A DNA stretch of 64,000 bases, taken from Octopus sinensis. Its lineage: Eukaryota. Position numbers and translations under genes: made by a program. Below are positions 1 to 13,854 of this stretch, one piece after another. Numbering within the stretch: the stretch's first letter is position 1; each line of letters opens with the position of its first letter. The notes below the pieces were generated by a model. That model had not been told where the DNA came from. It ran no database searches and was given only the letters and a program-made list of their open reading frames with translations. The DNA is taken from contig NC_043015.1 of the NCBI RefSeq assembly GCF_006345805.1, positions 25,978,001 to 26,042,000 of the forward strand, written 5' to 3'.

Positions 1-27
1 ATCTTGTTCTTGCGCTAGAATATTGCA
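1..27 (-). CDS. Candidate exon start running off the left edge (phase 0: CNILAQEQD...)
   Basis: The minus strand reads ctgttattttcaacag|TGCAATATTCTAGCGCAAGAACAAGAT, a good acceptor. Only 27 nt are visible and I recognise no homology. Confidence 0.2.
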
Positions 28-501
28 CTGTTGAAAATAACAGTTAGATATCTCTGAAACCAAGCTCTTATGTGTTTTACAATATATTTTGGCAGGCTGG
101 TTTATGGGTCGATTCTATCGAATTTGAATCTATCATTGCAGAGTTGAACATATCTTACTGAGATAAAACCATAATTAATTGAATAGGAGACTCATAGAGA
201 TGAAGGGTTGTGAAGCATACCATTTTTTTTTAGAATGACCTATTAACTACTTCTCATTTAGGATCGAGTGTCTCGACCCAATTTAATAAAAATGACATAC
301 AGATTGGACAGGTCATCAAGGATCTAGAAAAATAACTGGTGATTATGCTAAAAATTCTTTAATCTCACGTTTTCTCCATCGATGCTTAGCTGCGAGGGAA
401 GGATTACAACCACAGCGACAATAACAACAACAGTTGCAGCAGCTCAAGTCACTCTAAATAAAATTGGAGATTTAGTCGACTGCACGATTTGATGTCCTCA
501 C

Positions 502-528
502 CTGGCCTTTAGGTTCCCGGTTGTAAAT
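502..528 (-). CDS. Candidate 27-nt micro-exon (phase 0: IYNREPKGQ)
   Basis: The minus strand reads catattttcttcag|ATTTACAACCGGGAACCTAAAGGCCAG|gtgagg. Acceptor and donor are both strong and the length is a multiple of 3. Confidence 0.3.
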
Positions 529-944
529 CTGAAGAAAATATGCCCTCTTTCTCTTACCCATCACTCAGGAGAGTCTCAAAGATTCAATCATCCTTCCATA
601 TCGTCTCCAACAAAATCAATCATAAAGAAGACATTTTCCATGAATTAGAAAGATTATCAGACCCAGGAGATTATCAAACCCACTTTTCATAATTTTTTTA
701 TTTCACTTTAAATTCATAGTTATTCATAGTTATTACAATATCAAATTAACAACTAGAAATATGTCTCAGCTCTTCCTTCCGTCATGTTTAAACTATAACG
801 CTCGATATTGTTTCATAAAGTACGACTCACTATTATATCCCTGATGGTGTTCCTTATTTAGAGTTGTTTATAGCACAAAACTCGAACCAGCTTTCTCATC
901 TGTCCAGCAAATAATATATATATCTATTTCTTTCTTTCTCTCTG

Positions 945-1008
945 TACACACACACACACGTTAATATATGTGTGTGTGTGTGTGTGTTCGTGTGTGTGTG
1001 TGTGTGTA

Positions 1009-1060
<52 letters not shown>

Positions 1061-1064
1061 TATG

Positions 1065-1098
<34 letters not shown>

Positions 1099-1375
1099 AT
1101 ATATACTCTATATGCAAGTATAAATGTTGAAGCTGCCGAAATCACGGGCATTAATCAGTTTCCAGTGGGAAATAAGATCACTTGCGATATTTCATTTCCA
1201 ATTATGTCTAACTTTACCGTTTGTTCCAGCCAAATGGCTTTTTATTTTTATCTATTATAAACGCATTTTCAATTTATTCCAGTTTCCATTGTCTCATGCA
1301 TACATACTTGTATATGTATGTGTGTGTGTACGTGTGTCTGTGTGTGCGTATACGTGCACGCGTGTGTGTACGTAT

Positions 1376-1430
<55 letters not shown>

Positions 1431-1443
1431 GTATATATGTATG

Positions 1444-1508
<65 letters not shown>

Positions 1509-1616
1509 GTATGTATGTATATGCATACGTATGTACATAATATATATATATATATATTATATATATATACATATATTGAACTGTCAACTAGTAGAGGGGC
1601 AAATATATATATGCAG

Positions 1617-1682
<66 letters not shown>
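945..1682. repeat. Compound (CA/GT)n, (TA)n and (TATG)n microsatellite cluster
   Basis: Directly visible. It accounts for the overlapping [12 protein letters not shown] ORFs. Confidence 0.95.
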
Positions 1683-1685
<3 letters not shown>

Positions 1686-2189
1686 CCCTCTGGTATCTGA
1701 CTGTTCAATAAATATAAGCGAATTCCATATTTTTGTGTCCAATCACAATTTTTTACGATGCTCATAATATTTTCATATTTGCTGTGATTTATCTCTCCGC
1801 TTTATACGTTTGATGGTTTTGATGCTGGCTTTTATATTAAAAAGAAAAACAAGCAGTCGCCGGATTATGTTAACGAATATAAAAAAACAAAACAAAACAA
1901 ATAACTCAGAAATTCTGCTATATTTGTGGAAAATATTTCGTATGTTTGTTTGACCATCACAATCATCATCCTACTTCTCATCCTCAATATCATCATCATA
2001 ATCATCACCTTCTTCATCGTCGTCATCATCATCTTCATCATCATTATCAATTATCGTCAGCTGCAGCAGTATCACGGCTACAACCATTATTTTCGATTTA
2101 ATAATCATTATCGAAACCTGTCAGTTACTGGGACTCAGGGTATCGACCCCGCAACTTGAAAGTGGTGACTCTGTGTCAACATGAAAACC

Positions 2190-2238
<49 letters not shown>

Positions 2239-2794
2239 GAGTGAGAGAGCAGTGCATGCCATCAAAGTGACACTGGGGTAAAATATACGAAGCTCAGTAT
2301 ACCCATCATCACTACCCGTCTGATAAGGGTACACCAGGCACATGCATCACAACCATATGAGCGCAATATGGTGATTTCATATGAAGACAAACAGCACATG
2401 ACCTTGCAGGTGGGGCCCAGTTAGAATTTTCTTCTGGTCGAGTAACCCATCCCACTCAAAGGGTCCTTGAATAAGGGTTATTTAAGGATGTTAAATGAAA
2501 CACCCATGTTTCCAGAGGTGAATTATTCAAACCCCAAAGAATCCCTCTCAACACATGGCTATGATGCTCCCCCACTACTTCTGCTCGTGATCAGAGATGC
2601 ACATATCGTCAGCCACTAAGGGACATGCTCAACTGGTTAAGGTCAAACAAGTGACAAGCAAATCTGTGGCATTGAGCAGAATATTTGCTGTAGCCCATCT
2701 TTTATACCAAGACAAAACAATGTACATGATAACACTTCCAATCAGTTAAGATCAGAAGCCATGAGAGCCACTGCCTCGTACTGCATCAGGGCAT
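2239..2794. mobile_element. Interspersed repeat (~555 bp) inserted into a (TAT/TAA)n tract; class uncertain
   Basis: A non-microsatellite block of higher GC with sharp edges. Long (TAT)n runs flank it on both sides (2190-2238 and 2797-2968), consistent with insertion into a TAA microsatellite. Confidence 0.55.
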
Positions 2795-2804
2795 GATATT
2801 ATTA

Positions 2805-2844
<40 letters not shown>

Positions 2845-2883
2845 GCATAATATTATTATTATGCATATTATTATTATTATTAC

Positions 2884-2944
<61 letters not shown>

Positions 2945-2974
2945 TATTATTATTATTATTATTATTAATCTTTA

Positions 2975-3590
2975 CTGCACTGGACGAAACGCCTAGTAAC
3001 CTTTTGTCTGTATTTTGAGTTCAAATTCCATCGAGGTTGACCTTGCCTACCATCCTCTCGGGATTGATTTAATAAATGGCAGTCGAGCACTCAATGCCAC
3101 CCGAAATTGCTAGCCAAGTGCCAAAATTTGAAACACTTATTGTCATTACTGTTAATATTGTTGTTGTTAAGGCCGTAAGCTGGCAGACTCGTTACCGCAC
3201 CGGAGAAAATGCTTAGCGTCATTTCGTCCGTCTCTACGTTGTGAGATCAAATTGCGCCGATGTCGACTTTACCTTTTTCCTTTCGGAGTTGATAGATAGA
3301 ATAAGCACCAGTCGAACAATGGGGTAACCGACTAGCGCCCTCCTCTAAAAGTTCAGGACTATATTAGAAAGGGTTATTACTATTAAGTCAGCTAGGTAGC
3401 AGAATTGTTAGCGCGTCGGACAAAGTGCATAGCAGCTTTCCTTCCGGTGCTGAGATCAAATTCATCCGAGGCTGGCTTTACATTTTGTACTTTCAGAATC
3501 GATAAAGTAAATACCAGTGAAACACCGGCGTCAACATATTCAACTACTCCCCCCCTCACCTGCAATCGCTGGTCTCGTCCCAAACTTAGA
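2975..3590 (+). mobile_element. Head-to-tail array of about three decayed family-B SINEs (tRNA-like head plus Meta/MESC-like central domain)
   Basis: The motif gagttcaaattcc..gaggt(c/t)gac(c/t)ttgcct...atcct.tcggg...gat..aataa.taccagt recurs at about 3015, 3243 and 3450, roughly every 210 bp. Confidence 0.75.
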
Positions 3591-4922
3591 AGTAAACTCG
3601 ACGAAATTTGACACGATAACTTAGAAGTCGAAATATAATCTATATCTTATTTCACAGAACGCTACAACCACTCTGCTAAATCATCACATCCGATAAAACT
3701 TTTCAAATTGTCTGGTTGCTAATTTGAGTATCTTTACACTTTTATTCTGTTACTTATTTCAATGATCTAACTGCGGCCAAGCTGGGGCACAGCTTCGATG
3801 TGATATTATTTGGGCAAATTGACCCAGTACGCATTTTAATTTTGGTAGTTATCCTATCAGTGCCTTTTGCCGCGTCTCTAATTGATGGCAACATTAACAA
3901 ACTAACCCCGGTTTTCAAAGAATAAGGAATACACATACACCCGCACGTACCACTCTCGGAAATATAATCACCCGATGAGCTTCGAAACCGTTTCTGTCCA
4001 GTAGAAAACACTTATCCAATGTGCCACTCATTTGAATTGAACCCGAACCAGCTTCTTGCAACAGAATCTTCTTAACCATACAGCCATGATTTATCATTGT
4101 TTGTTTGTTTCTTCTTTTGTACACACATGTCACTAAAACATCTCACTAAAACATCATCACTTATCTTTGAACGGAATTCTTTTTCAACCACGTGACGTAG
4201 GCAACGTATTTAAGATCTGTATTTATCAACAGTCGACATAATTTGATGTTTTGGCCATCAATTTTAAATACGGTTTGATTTCAATGGGACCTTAATGTGG
4301 ATCCTTTGTTTTAGGGATATCAGAAACATTTTGTCTGGATTTTGCCAGATATTGTTGTTTATATGAGAAGTGAAATAAGCTTGACCCACACATTTACGTG
4401 TTATGTTCTATGTCATTTCATATCCTTTCCGAAGAAATCATAACACAGCGATTCGCTTCCCTTGTTTTCTGTAGCTCAGATTTCCCAAGCCTCTACACTA
4501 CATACAATTCTGCTGCGTATACATACATCTAAAAGTGTGGTTGCTGTCGTCATTAGTATTCCCCTTGTTAGTTCGAATGTGTTTTAGTTCATATTCCATT
4601 TTTCAAATGCAGGGGACAATACAAATTCAAAATAGTTTGATTGATGCTATATACTATTTGCGACTAAATGTCCAAGATATATGAAACTGCGTACTTTTCA
4701 GAAACAACATCGTCAACACAAATAAGCAATGCTTTTGTATTAATTTCTTCCGGGACATTAAACGCCGGCGGCTTTTAAGTGATTTCTCTTTATAGAGAAG
4801 AATAGTATTACATTTTCTACATATATTTTTTTCTCTCTCTCTCTCTCTCTCTCTCCCCACTTCTCTCTTACGCACACATACACTCGTGTGTTTATATGAT
4901 TATGCATGTTTATATAAATGCA

Positions 4923-5033
<111 letters not shown>

Positions 5034-6403
5034 CGTGTATATATATACATATACTTATGCACATAAGCAATCTAATACAATGCGATGTAATATGATATAA
5101 TATAATAGAACACGCACTCGCACACATACGCTCACTTGCACACACGCATTTATATCCTTGTAAAATTTCTTGCACAAAGAGAGAAAAAGAGAGTGAGAGC
5201 GGACTGAAAAAGGCCCGATGCCAATGCTCGGTTCATACTTTATGGATATTGGAAATGATGTAAGGTAAAGCTAACCTTGGTGGGATTAGAACACAGCGCA
5301 TGTAGCCGAGACAAATACCACAGAACATTCACCCCGATCTGCTAACGATTCTGCTGACTCGTTGCTTCCATAACTAAACATAGACACTCAAACGCATGCA
5401 CGTACCACCTCTCCCACATCACACATGCAAATAAACAAACTTCTAAACTCAAAACTAATCACAGAACAGAGACAAACGCATATACACGCACACACGCGTA
5501 TACACACGCACACACATAGCCGCACTCCCCCCCCCCCAGTCACACACACGTGTATAGATTATCATTAGAACACTGACTTCTATTTGAAGCACAAACTCAA
5601 AAAGTTTTGAGGAGGAAATTGATGAAAACCGATTTCATCATTTCATCGATATTTATTTCACCAATCTTGGTGTGATTTGAACTCAAACTTCAAAAAATGC
5701 AAATATGTTTGTCCAACAAACACGTTGCTTCACAGCAGCATGTTTTCCGGTTCAATCCATCTCTGCCGAGAAGCCTCTGAGTTGGGGCCACTTGGCTATA
5801 GATAAAAGGTCGGGAATCAACAGCAGTTTTAAGAAACCTATTTCGTCGTAGAACAGGGCTTTTTACACGGGTACGATGGGGTGGGAGCGGGTGTCTATAT
5901 GCAATATAGAGCGCTTAACTAAAAATTAAACCCGAACATTAGATAGCTGCTCTTTTAACATCTAAATATTATTTATCCTCAGGCCAACTCTCGTGAAAAT
6001 TTATATTCGATTTAATATCCATATCATAAGTACATCCAAGAGATGAATGCCGTTGAAATAGAAGAATCAAAGTAAAATTAATTCATGGTTCGATTCATGG
6101 TTATTTTATTGTTTAGCCCCAGGTTCCATGCTATGAGTGTAGCACTAGGATGTCATTAGAGCGAAACTATTGCTACTATTTCTAGCAAATATATCCAGCA
6201 TCTCCGAAGTCTCTCATCGGAACTAATTCCACGCTCAACCTTTTCTCTCGTAGGCTATTTCTCTTAATTCGTCGTTAAATTATCAAACGAAGAATATAAT
6301 TTTTATTACTAAATGGAAATATTGACGTAATCATAAAGCTTATCATTTTTCTAGGCTACGTCTTATGTATGTATGTATGTATGTATGTATGTATGTATGT
6401 ATG

Positions 6404-6439
<36 letters not shown>

Positions 6440-7379
6440 ATCTATCTATCTATCTATCTATCATCTATCTATCAATCTTTCTTTCTTTCTTTCCTTCTTT
6501 CTCTCTCTCTCTATATATATATATAGGTATATATATATATATACAAACATACATACAATACATACAAAACATGCATACGTACATACATACATACATACAC
6601 ACATACATACATATATATATATACATACACACACACACACATATATATATATATATTTGTATGCATGTATATGTATGTATATGGACATATATATATCGAT
6701 ATATATATATGCATATACTTTGCCAATGCTAATTTAAAGACGTAGTTGATTGTATGAAAATTATCTTGCTCTCATAAATGACAATCTCTCCACCGAACGT
6801 ATGTTGTGTCAGGCAATAAACTGTTCCGTGTGGCAGATATTTAACTGGAACAAATTTTAACAATGTGGCTTTAATATCTTGTCCTTTGATACGACGCATA
6901 GTTATCGTTGAATAATCATTGTGCTGCCGCGATATATATAAATGTTGTTTCACTCAAATTATTCCGGTGACAAATGGAAAATCCCAAATGAAGTTTGAAC
7001 CAATTTAAAGAGACAGTTACGAATGAGTGAGGGGATTGTGAGTGTGGAGGAAACATAGTGTGTGGTTGTGACATAGAGAGGGAAGGGGTAAATATGTGTG
7101 TATGTGTGTACTTTTATATGTGTATAGTAAGAATAAATGTACGTACTTTAGTATAAACGCTGATGCATACACGCACACACAAATATATATATGTATAAAT
7201 TATGAGAGGTAATGGTGTCATTGAGACCCAAAGGTGTCAGGTAATGCTGAATAAGTGCTATAGATAGACCATAGTTAAGTTCCAAGTTCGGTGATTTTGC
7301 CAATAAGGGGTTTAACGTTGGTCCTATGTCAGTGTGTGCATATAATTTTTTTTTCGTAATGAGATACAAGAAACCAAGG

Positions 7380-7560
7380 CTGATTAGATTTTAGAGCATT
7401 TATTGATAGAAGGTCTTACAGCTGTTTCCAGGATATTTATTATATCCCTTCATCGGAGACGATGTGAGAGGATAGTTAAGTAATAGTTAATTTAGATATG
7501 ATACAAAACAGAGAGTGAGGTGGTGGAAAGAAAATAGATGTGAGATATGGATCCATATCT
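7380..7560 (-). mobile_element. Penelope-like pLTR fragment
   Basis: Contains a minimal hammerhead followed on the minus strand by AATAAA, the usual PLE pLTR arrangement. Confidence 0.55.
7413..7460 (-). ncRNA. Minimal type I hammerhead ribozyme motif with C4 variant core
   Basis: The minus strand reads GUCU-CCGAUGA-A-GGGAUAU(aauaa)AUAUCCU-G-GAAA-CAGCUG-UA-AGAC. It has stem I, a 7-bp stem II, palindromic stem III ACAGCUGU and a GUA cleavage triplet. Confidence 0.7.
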
Positions 7561-7574
7561 GACATCAATATGCT

Positions 7575-8640
7575 TTGACATATGACAGAGCAATTGACCT
7601 ATGCCAGATGATTCCACGATCAATGTTGTCAAACGCTTCAGCAAGATCAAAGTATATGCAGCCAGTATCCATTCCATTCAGGAGATTATTGAGGATAGTG
7701 TTATGGTGTTGTAATAGTCAGGCAACCATGTCCAGTCCGAAAACTATGCTGTGTATTATCTATGAGATTGTATTCCTCAAGATATGCATTTATTCTTTTC
7801 CGAAAAATTGACATGTGAGAGAAACAGTTCCGTAAGTTTTAGCTTCAACCCTGCTACCGCCTTCATGGATAAGTGTTACGGTTTCTTCTTTCAATAGTTC
7901 TGAGAATATTCCAGTTTCAAGCGAGATAAAGCCCTGCTATGGTATTGACTCAAGTGTACACATATCTGTGATGAACCATTCGTATATGATCCATTTTGGT
8001 CCATTTGTGGGCCAATCTGATTTTTATTTAGCAAAATGAAAAAGAACTTAGGATTAAATTTTATATTTTCCACTGCTCGATGTTCCTTTAGGAAAGTTTC
8101 TTTTTCATAAGATGTTTTGAGGTCTAGTTCAATGTTCCTTATTTTCTTACTTTTTTTCGCAATCTCGTCTGACGAGAGAGTTGAGATCTTCAGCTGTTTT
8201 GTCACTTTGGTTCTGTTACGCATTAGTATCCGTCTATCCCATGGAATCAAATTTTTGCAGAAATAGGGATGTTTATATGGAGCATGTATCTGACAGACCA
8301 TGGCTATCTGGTCGTACAGTAACGTCATTCCCTCGTTAAAATTGAAGTTAGCAATATGCTGCGATCAGTTTGTTTTGAGGATCTAACTTTCAATTTCTTT
8401 CCAGTTGGCCTTCCTAAAATTCACGTTCATAAGGGGTAAGTCATATTTGGTATTACTTGCGCGTGTTGTTATCTTTGAACCATATACAGTTATGTTGCGG
8501 CCAGAAATAAATGTTGGAATGTCCTGAACATTGTTTAAGAAAGTATGTATTAGTGGTAAAGACTAGGTCGAGTATTGTATTTTCCCTTGTGATGATTTTT
8601 TACATGAGAAAGACTCTTCTGTTTCGTTTTCTAGTTCCAG
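7575..8640 (-). mobile_element. Decayed CR1/L2-like LINE (end of APE endonuclease to RT motifs 2-3)
   Basis: Minus-strand fragments translate to NTILDLVFT, PTFISGRNI, AVENIKFNPKFFF and NLIDNTQHSFRTGHGCLT...CIYFDLAEAFDNID. There are many stops and frameshifts. Confidence 0.85.
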
Positions 8641-8736
8641 ATTGAATGTAGCCCTCAGGCCAGTTGCTTTGAATTCTTAGTATATCTATCTATCTTTCTA
8701 CCTGACTCACTCTGTGTCTGTATGCACATACACACA

Positions 8737-8781
<45 letters not shown>

Positions 8782-9181
8782 TAATAGAGAAAGAGATAAT
8801 AATCCGCCATTGGCAGGTTACACTTAAAATGAAAATATTTAGTCTGAGGCTTTCGACATTTCCAGATTTCGAAACGACTGATTCTAAAAAATATATCTGG
8901 AATAAAAGGTAACAACAAAACATCACATTTTATACTTTGAAGAATAATTGCTGAGTAGCATAAAACCTGGTTCTGTACAGAATACAGCTACGTAGTTTAA
9001 TGGAATATCTTTCAATTAGTCGAGCAAGGAATCCTTTGTGACTGCGAGGAATCAAATAATTATACATTGTAAGTAAATCATGGATTAAAATAATGAAGAA
9101 TTTCTAATCTTTATGAATTGGTTTAACCTTTAGCCACGAATGACTAACTTTCATTTCTTTTCTTGTATAATTTTTTTTCAG

Positions 9182-9210
9182 GTCTTTATGTTTCGTTGTC
9201 AACTTTTAAA
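9182..9210 (+). other. Candidate 29-nt plus-strand micro-exon
   Basis: Branch-like tgactaac at 9141-9148, a long pyrimidine tract, tttcag| acceptor and AAA|gtgagt donor. Phase-1 reading gives GLYVSLSTFK. Confidence 0.25.
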
Positions 9211-9324
9211 GTGAGTGTTATTTACACACCACAACATACACAACCATACACACACGCGCACTCACACACACGCATGAACATATTAATGTTTGCTTCTTTA
9301 TGTCGAGGTATAATCATTTCTACT

Positions 9325-9725
9325 GGAAGCACAAGGCTTCACATTTGGAGGAAAGGATTAAGTCAATTACATCGACTCCAGTGCCTAGCTGGTACTAATT
9401 TAGTTGACCCCGAAAGGGTGAAAGGCAAAGTCAACCTCATCGGAATTTGAACTCAGAACGTAGCGGCAGACGAAATACCTATTTCTTTACTACCCACAAG
9501 GGGCTAAACACAGAGAGGACAAACAAGGATAGACAAATGGATTAAGTCGATCATATCGACCCCACTGTGTAACTGGTACTTATTTAATCGACCTCGAAAG
9601 GATGAAAGGCAAAGTCGACCTCGGCGGATTTTGAACTCAGAACGTAGCGACAGACGAGATACCTATTTCTTTACTACCCACAAGGGGCTAAACACAGAGA
9701 GGACAAACAAGGACAGACAAACGGA
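9325..9725 (-). mobile_element. Family-B SINE with an internal ~180-bp tandem duplication
   Basis: The block gaaagg.tgaaaggcaaagtc.acctc...gaactcagaacgtagcg...gagaggacaaacaagga occurs at about 9410-9540 and again at 9595-9725. Confidence 0.85.
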
Positions 9726-10303
9726 TATATATATTTATATATATATATTTAATGTAATTTAGATTCAGTTGAACTAAGTAGTCTAATTGAGGTATCTTGT
9801 TAGGACGAACGTATTTTCTTGATTTCCAAATGTAAATTTGTGTGTGTTAACTACATCCCAAAGATGGAACCTCGTATCCTTGTTGGAGACCGGCTTCCTC
9901 CTCAGTGGATGATTTATAATAATCAAAACATAGAAGAGGCATTAATATATACATACATTAATATATATAGAAGAATTCTCATTTCTATCTATCATTAGGA
10001 GTTCATTAGGTTATGTGACAACAAATTTGCGCACAAACCTAGAAATACTTGGTTTCACAGAAAAACCGCAAGGGAAACTGATTCGGATTCCCCAAATCCA
10101 AATTATTAATGGTACAGTGAAAACTTGTTAGACATTCCAAAAATTCTCCATGTGAGATTCTTACGATAATACATGTACACACATTTGGATGTATGCATCG
10201 ACAATTCAACGAACACGGGAACTACCTTAACTCAAAATGTCTTGTTGCTTTGTTAGCGGCCAGCTGGAACTTCCTCAAGAAGAACTTAAATCAAAGAAAA
10301 CAC

Positions 10304-10335
<32 letters not shown>

Positions 10336-10461
10336 ATTTGTGTCTGTGTATGTGTGTGCGTGTGTGTGAGTGTTTGTGTGTGTGTGTGTGTGTGCGTCTG
10401 TGCATGCATGTGTGGATATATTTAGATATGATTAGATGTGATACATGCTTTAGTATCTTAC

Positions 10462-10502
10462 TCTCAGCTTCTTGTCAAATCCAAAGTATGTTGGAAAGAT
10501 AC
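10462..10502 (-). CDS. Candidate 41-nt exon (phase 1 to 0: GIFPTYFGFDKKLR)
   Basis: The minus strand reads gtactaattttacag|GTATCTTTCCAACATACTTTGGATTTGACAAGAAGCTGAGA|gtaaga. Only the phase-1 frame is open. Confidence 0.28.
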
Positions 10503-11013
10503 CTGTAAAATTAGTACAACATAGTCATTTGTTGATTTGTTATTGTTTTAGCAAACTATATATATTTTCCTATATACGTTTTCCTGTATACATCCTTAAA
10601 TATGAAATGTGTAGGTTATATAAATTCAAATAGAAATGAAGCTAATGGATTGCAGAGTCGGTGGAGCAACGCATAACAGCTTTTGCCACCTATTAAATCT
10701 CTTTATACCCTAAGCTTGAAATCCACCCTGCTCAACTTCATCTTTCATTCTTGCCCAGTCTGCATGTACAAGAGTAGGATGAAAGGAGCAATACTTATGC
10801 AGAAATATTCAAATTGATGGAATCTATTTCATCCTCGAGAGGATTGCAATCAACGTCAACACATCTAGCATCTCTTTTATAGTTTGCCTTCATTGTTGGC
10901 GATTCGCTGTGATAAAAATAGTGTTTGATGAACGACAACATCTTTCACATAGTGACAAAGTCAGAAGTCACGTGTTTGAATTTACTTCAGCCTTTACTTT
11001 TGTAGACATTGTT

Positions 11014-11703
11014 AAGTTTACCCCTATAGATTTTCTATAGAATTCGGAGCCAGCGCTGATTGTTTCGACGTTTCGTATTCGATTACGAAAAATAGAAAAA
11101 ATCGGTAATGGGTGTATAACCATTATTGCTCTTTTATTAGCACCACGTCAAACCCATCAATTATATAAGAATGCATTACTTAAATATTCACCGTTTAGCA
11201 GTGTAACACAACAGGATTGACCAATTAACGTATTAAACATATTTCTGGCAGCTGGTATGTAAGTATTAATTGTTATCAAGGATAAAATATTTCGCTTTGC
11301 AACCATAATATACTGCCAAATGTATTAAAAATTTACAAATCAGCGTTGTGTATTAATCTTGTGTTAGCAGTGCGATATTTTCAATATAAGTTCATTTCTA
11401 CAGATTTTCTATAGAACTCAGAGCCAGCATTGAAAGTTAATGATGTTAATTTGTTCGAAGATAGAAAACATAGGTAAGGATGTATATGCTTATTTAAAGA
11501 GTTAATGCTCTTTCATCAGTACCACATCTGACCCAATACTGACTTGTAACTTTACAATATACTTGTAGTATATCATGGTTGCAAAACAAAATGCTGTGTC
11601 CTTGCTAGGAAACAATTCTCTTGTAAAATTATTACCTATCCATATTAAATCAACCAGTTCATGGCATGTAGTGAATGTTGCGTATTTTCATTCAATAGAT
11701 AAC
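11014..11703. repeat. Old ~375-bp tandem duplication whose second half is inverted in copy 2
   Basis: agattttctatagaa.tc.gagccagc occurs at 11028 and 11402. tttgcaaccataatatact (11296) is the approximate reverse complement of agtatatcatggttgcaaa (11567). Confidence 0.7.
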
Positions 11704-11937
11704 TTAAAATTAAGGGTCAGACTAAGTCTTACATGGGCCTGAGTTTCCCTAGCTTCAATCTCTGAAACAACGTTACACTCTTAATAAGGGTGGATTTTGT
11801 GCCCCTCTAACTGAAATAAAGAAAAAAGCGTATAGCCCAGTTACGGCAAAGCAAAATAAAATCGGGAATTTAGAATTACAAGTTAAAATATTGACTATGA
11901 TATAATTGGTTGAAAAATGCCAAAGGCACAAAACTGA

Positions 11938-12146
11938 CGGGCGTATGGCGTGGCAGTGTGGTAAGAAGCTTGCTTCCCTACAACACAAGTTTTGAGTTCA
12001 GTTCCACTGCGTGGGACCTTGGATAAATGTCTTCTACTAGCCGCAAAATAAAAGAAGCCCGTCGTATATATATATATACACATACATAGAGAAAGAGAGA
12101 GAAACAGAGAGGTAGATAGATAGATAGACATACATACATACACATA

Positions 12147-12204
<58 letters not shown>

Positions 12205-12345
12205 CACACATACACACACATATGGTCTTCTTCCATACTGAATCCGAAGCTATAGTAAAAGAAATCCCGAGTTCTTCAGGTTGGTGCCCCAGCATGGTCT
12301 GCAGTATAATGACTGAAACCGGTTAAAGATAAAAGATAAAAGACT
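11938..12345 (+). mobile_element. Family-A tRNA-derived SINE (octopus OR-type-like), internally rearranged around microsatellites
   Basis: Head tggcagtgtggtaagaagcttgcttccc...gagttcagttccactgcgtgg and tail ccagcatggtctgcagt..aatgactgaaac..(aaagat)n. Confidence 0.8.
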
Positions 12346-12937
12346 AATGCTAAAGTTTATGAAGTGTGATGAACTACTTCGTGTATATGATTACGATGCA
12401 ATGCTTGGGAATTTAATACAGGCGTAACATAAACACTTGCATTGGTTAGACGATCTTGCGTTAAGCAGAACTCACGCAATATAAACATATATTGATATAT
12501 AAACAAATAGACACACATATAATCGTGTAGGTAGACATATATACACCCACACCCACCCACACACACACGTATATATGTATATCAAAGATTCTGCATTTGG
12601 GTATATGTGACAGACTGTGTGTATACTTATCCTATGTTCGCACGTGACTGACGTATATAAATTCGTCCATTCATCCTCCGGCATTGAGAATTAATCTACT
12701 ATAAAACTTAAACACACGCACTCACTGTCCCACACCCAGACACATATACACACACAGCACTGGCACACAGATGTTTACTGGTAGGTGACTACGATTTTCT
12801 GTTTTTTACATTGGAATTGCAAGCGGCTAAACAAACAATCATACACTAAACCGCACACACAGAAATTCACGCGCACGCACCCTCTCTGTCTCTATAATAG
12901 GCATACACACAGACACACACACACCACACATACATAT

Positions 12938-13002
<65 letters not shown>

Positions 13003-13499
13003 ATAAGTATGTATGTATGTGTACATATAATCAATTCCTAGGCTGATGTCTTTGAGATGAAAGAACTGTTTGCATTATTTAATGTAAAACGGTCGTAAAA
13101 CTACGTTTATCTCAATATAGATTTCCACTTTATATGTTTACACACACGCACACACATATACATACATACATGCATAATTATACACATACACTTGTAAATG
13201 GTTAGATGCGCTAAAAATACATACACTTATATATATATACTTATATACATACGCGTGCACACGCACATAAACACACACATACGCACACCAACACACACAT
13301 ACATGCATTCATTCTTGTATTTGTAGCTGCAAAGACACATTTCATTGAAAATTGTAAAGTACTTACAAATATAACTGCACACGCGCGTGCACACGGGGAG
13401 AGAGAGGGGGGGATATATATATACGTGTATACTCATTTATATATATATGAATTTGTAAAGAAACATATCTATATCTGATTGTTTAAAAACTTGTATTGG

Positions 13500-13573
<74 letters not shown>

Positions 13574-13854
13574 CATATATATATATATGTATGTGTATAT
13601 ATATTGATATGTGCGTGTATGTATGTTTGTATGTATATGTGATGGTGCAATAGAAGAATATATTTGCAAATACTGAAAATATTTTAAATATTTCACAGCA
13701 ATTCGAATAGAAAATAATACAATGTGTAATGGAGTATAAACTGTTTGAAACTACAACTGTTGCTGCTGCTGTTTCTACTATTACTGCTACTACTACTACT
13801 ACTACTACTAATACTACTACTACTAATACTATCATTAATAATAATAGTAATTCC

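Noticed and set aside
9360-9725. Regularly spaced repeats considered as CRISPR-like
   Set aside because: This is a SINE-internal duplication in eukaryotic DNA, with no repeat-spacer structure and no cas genes.
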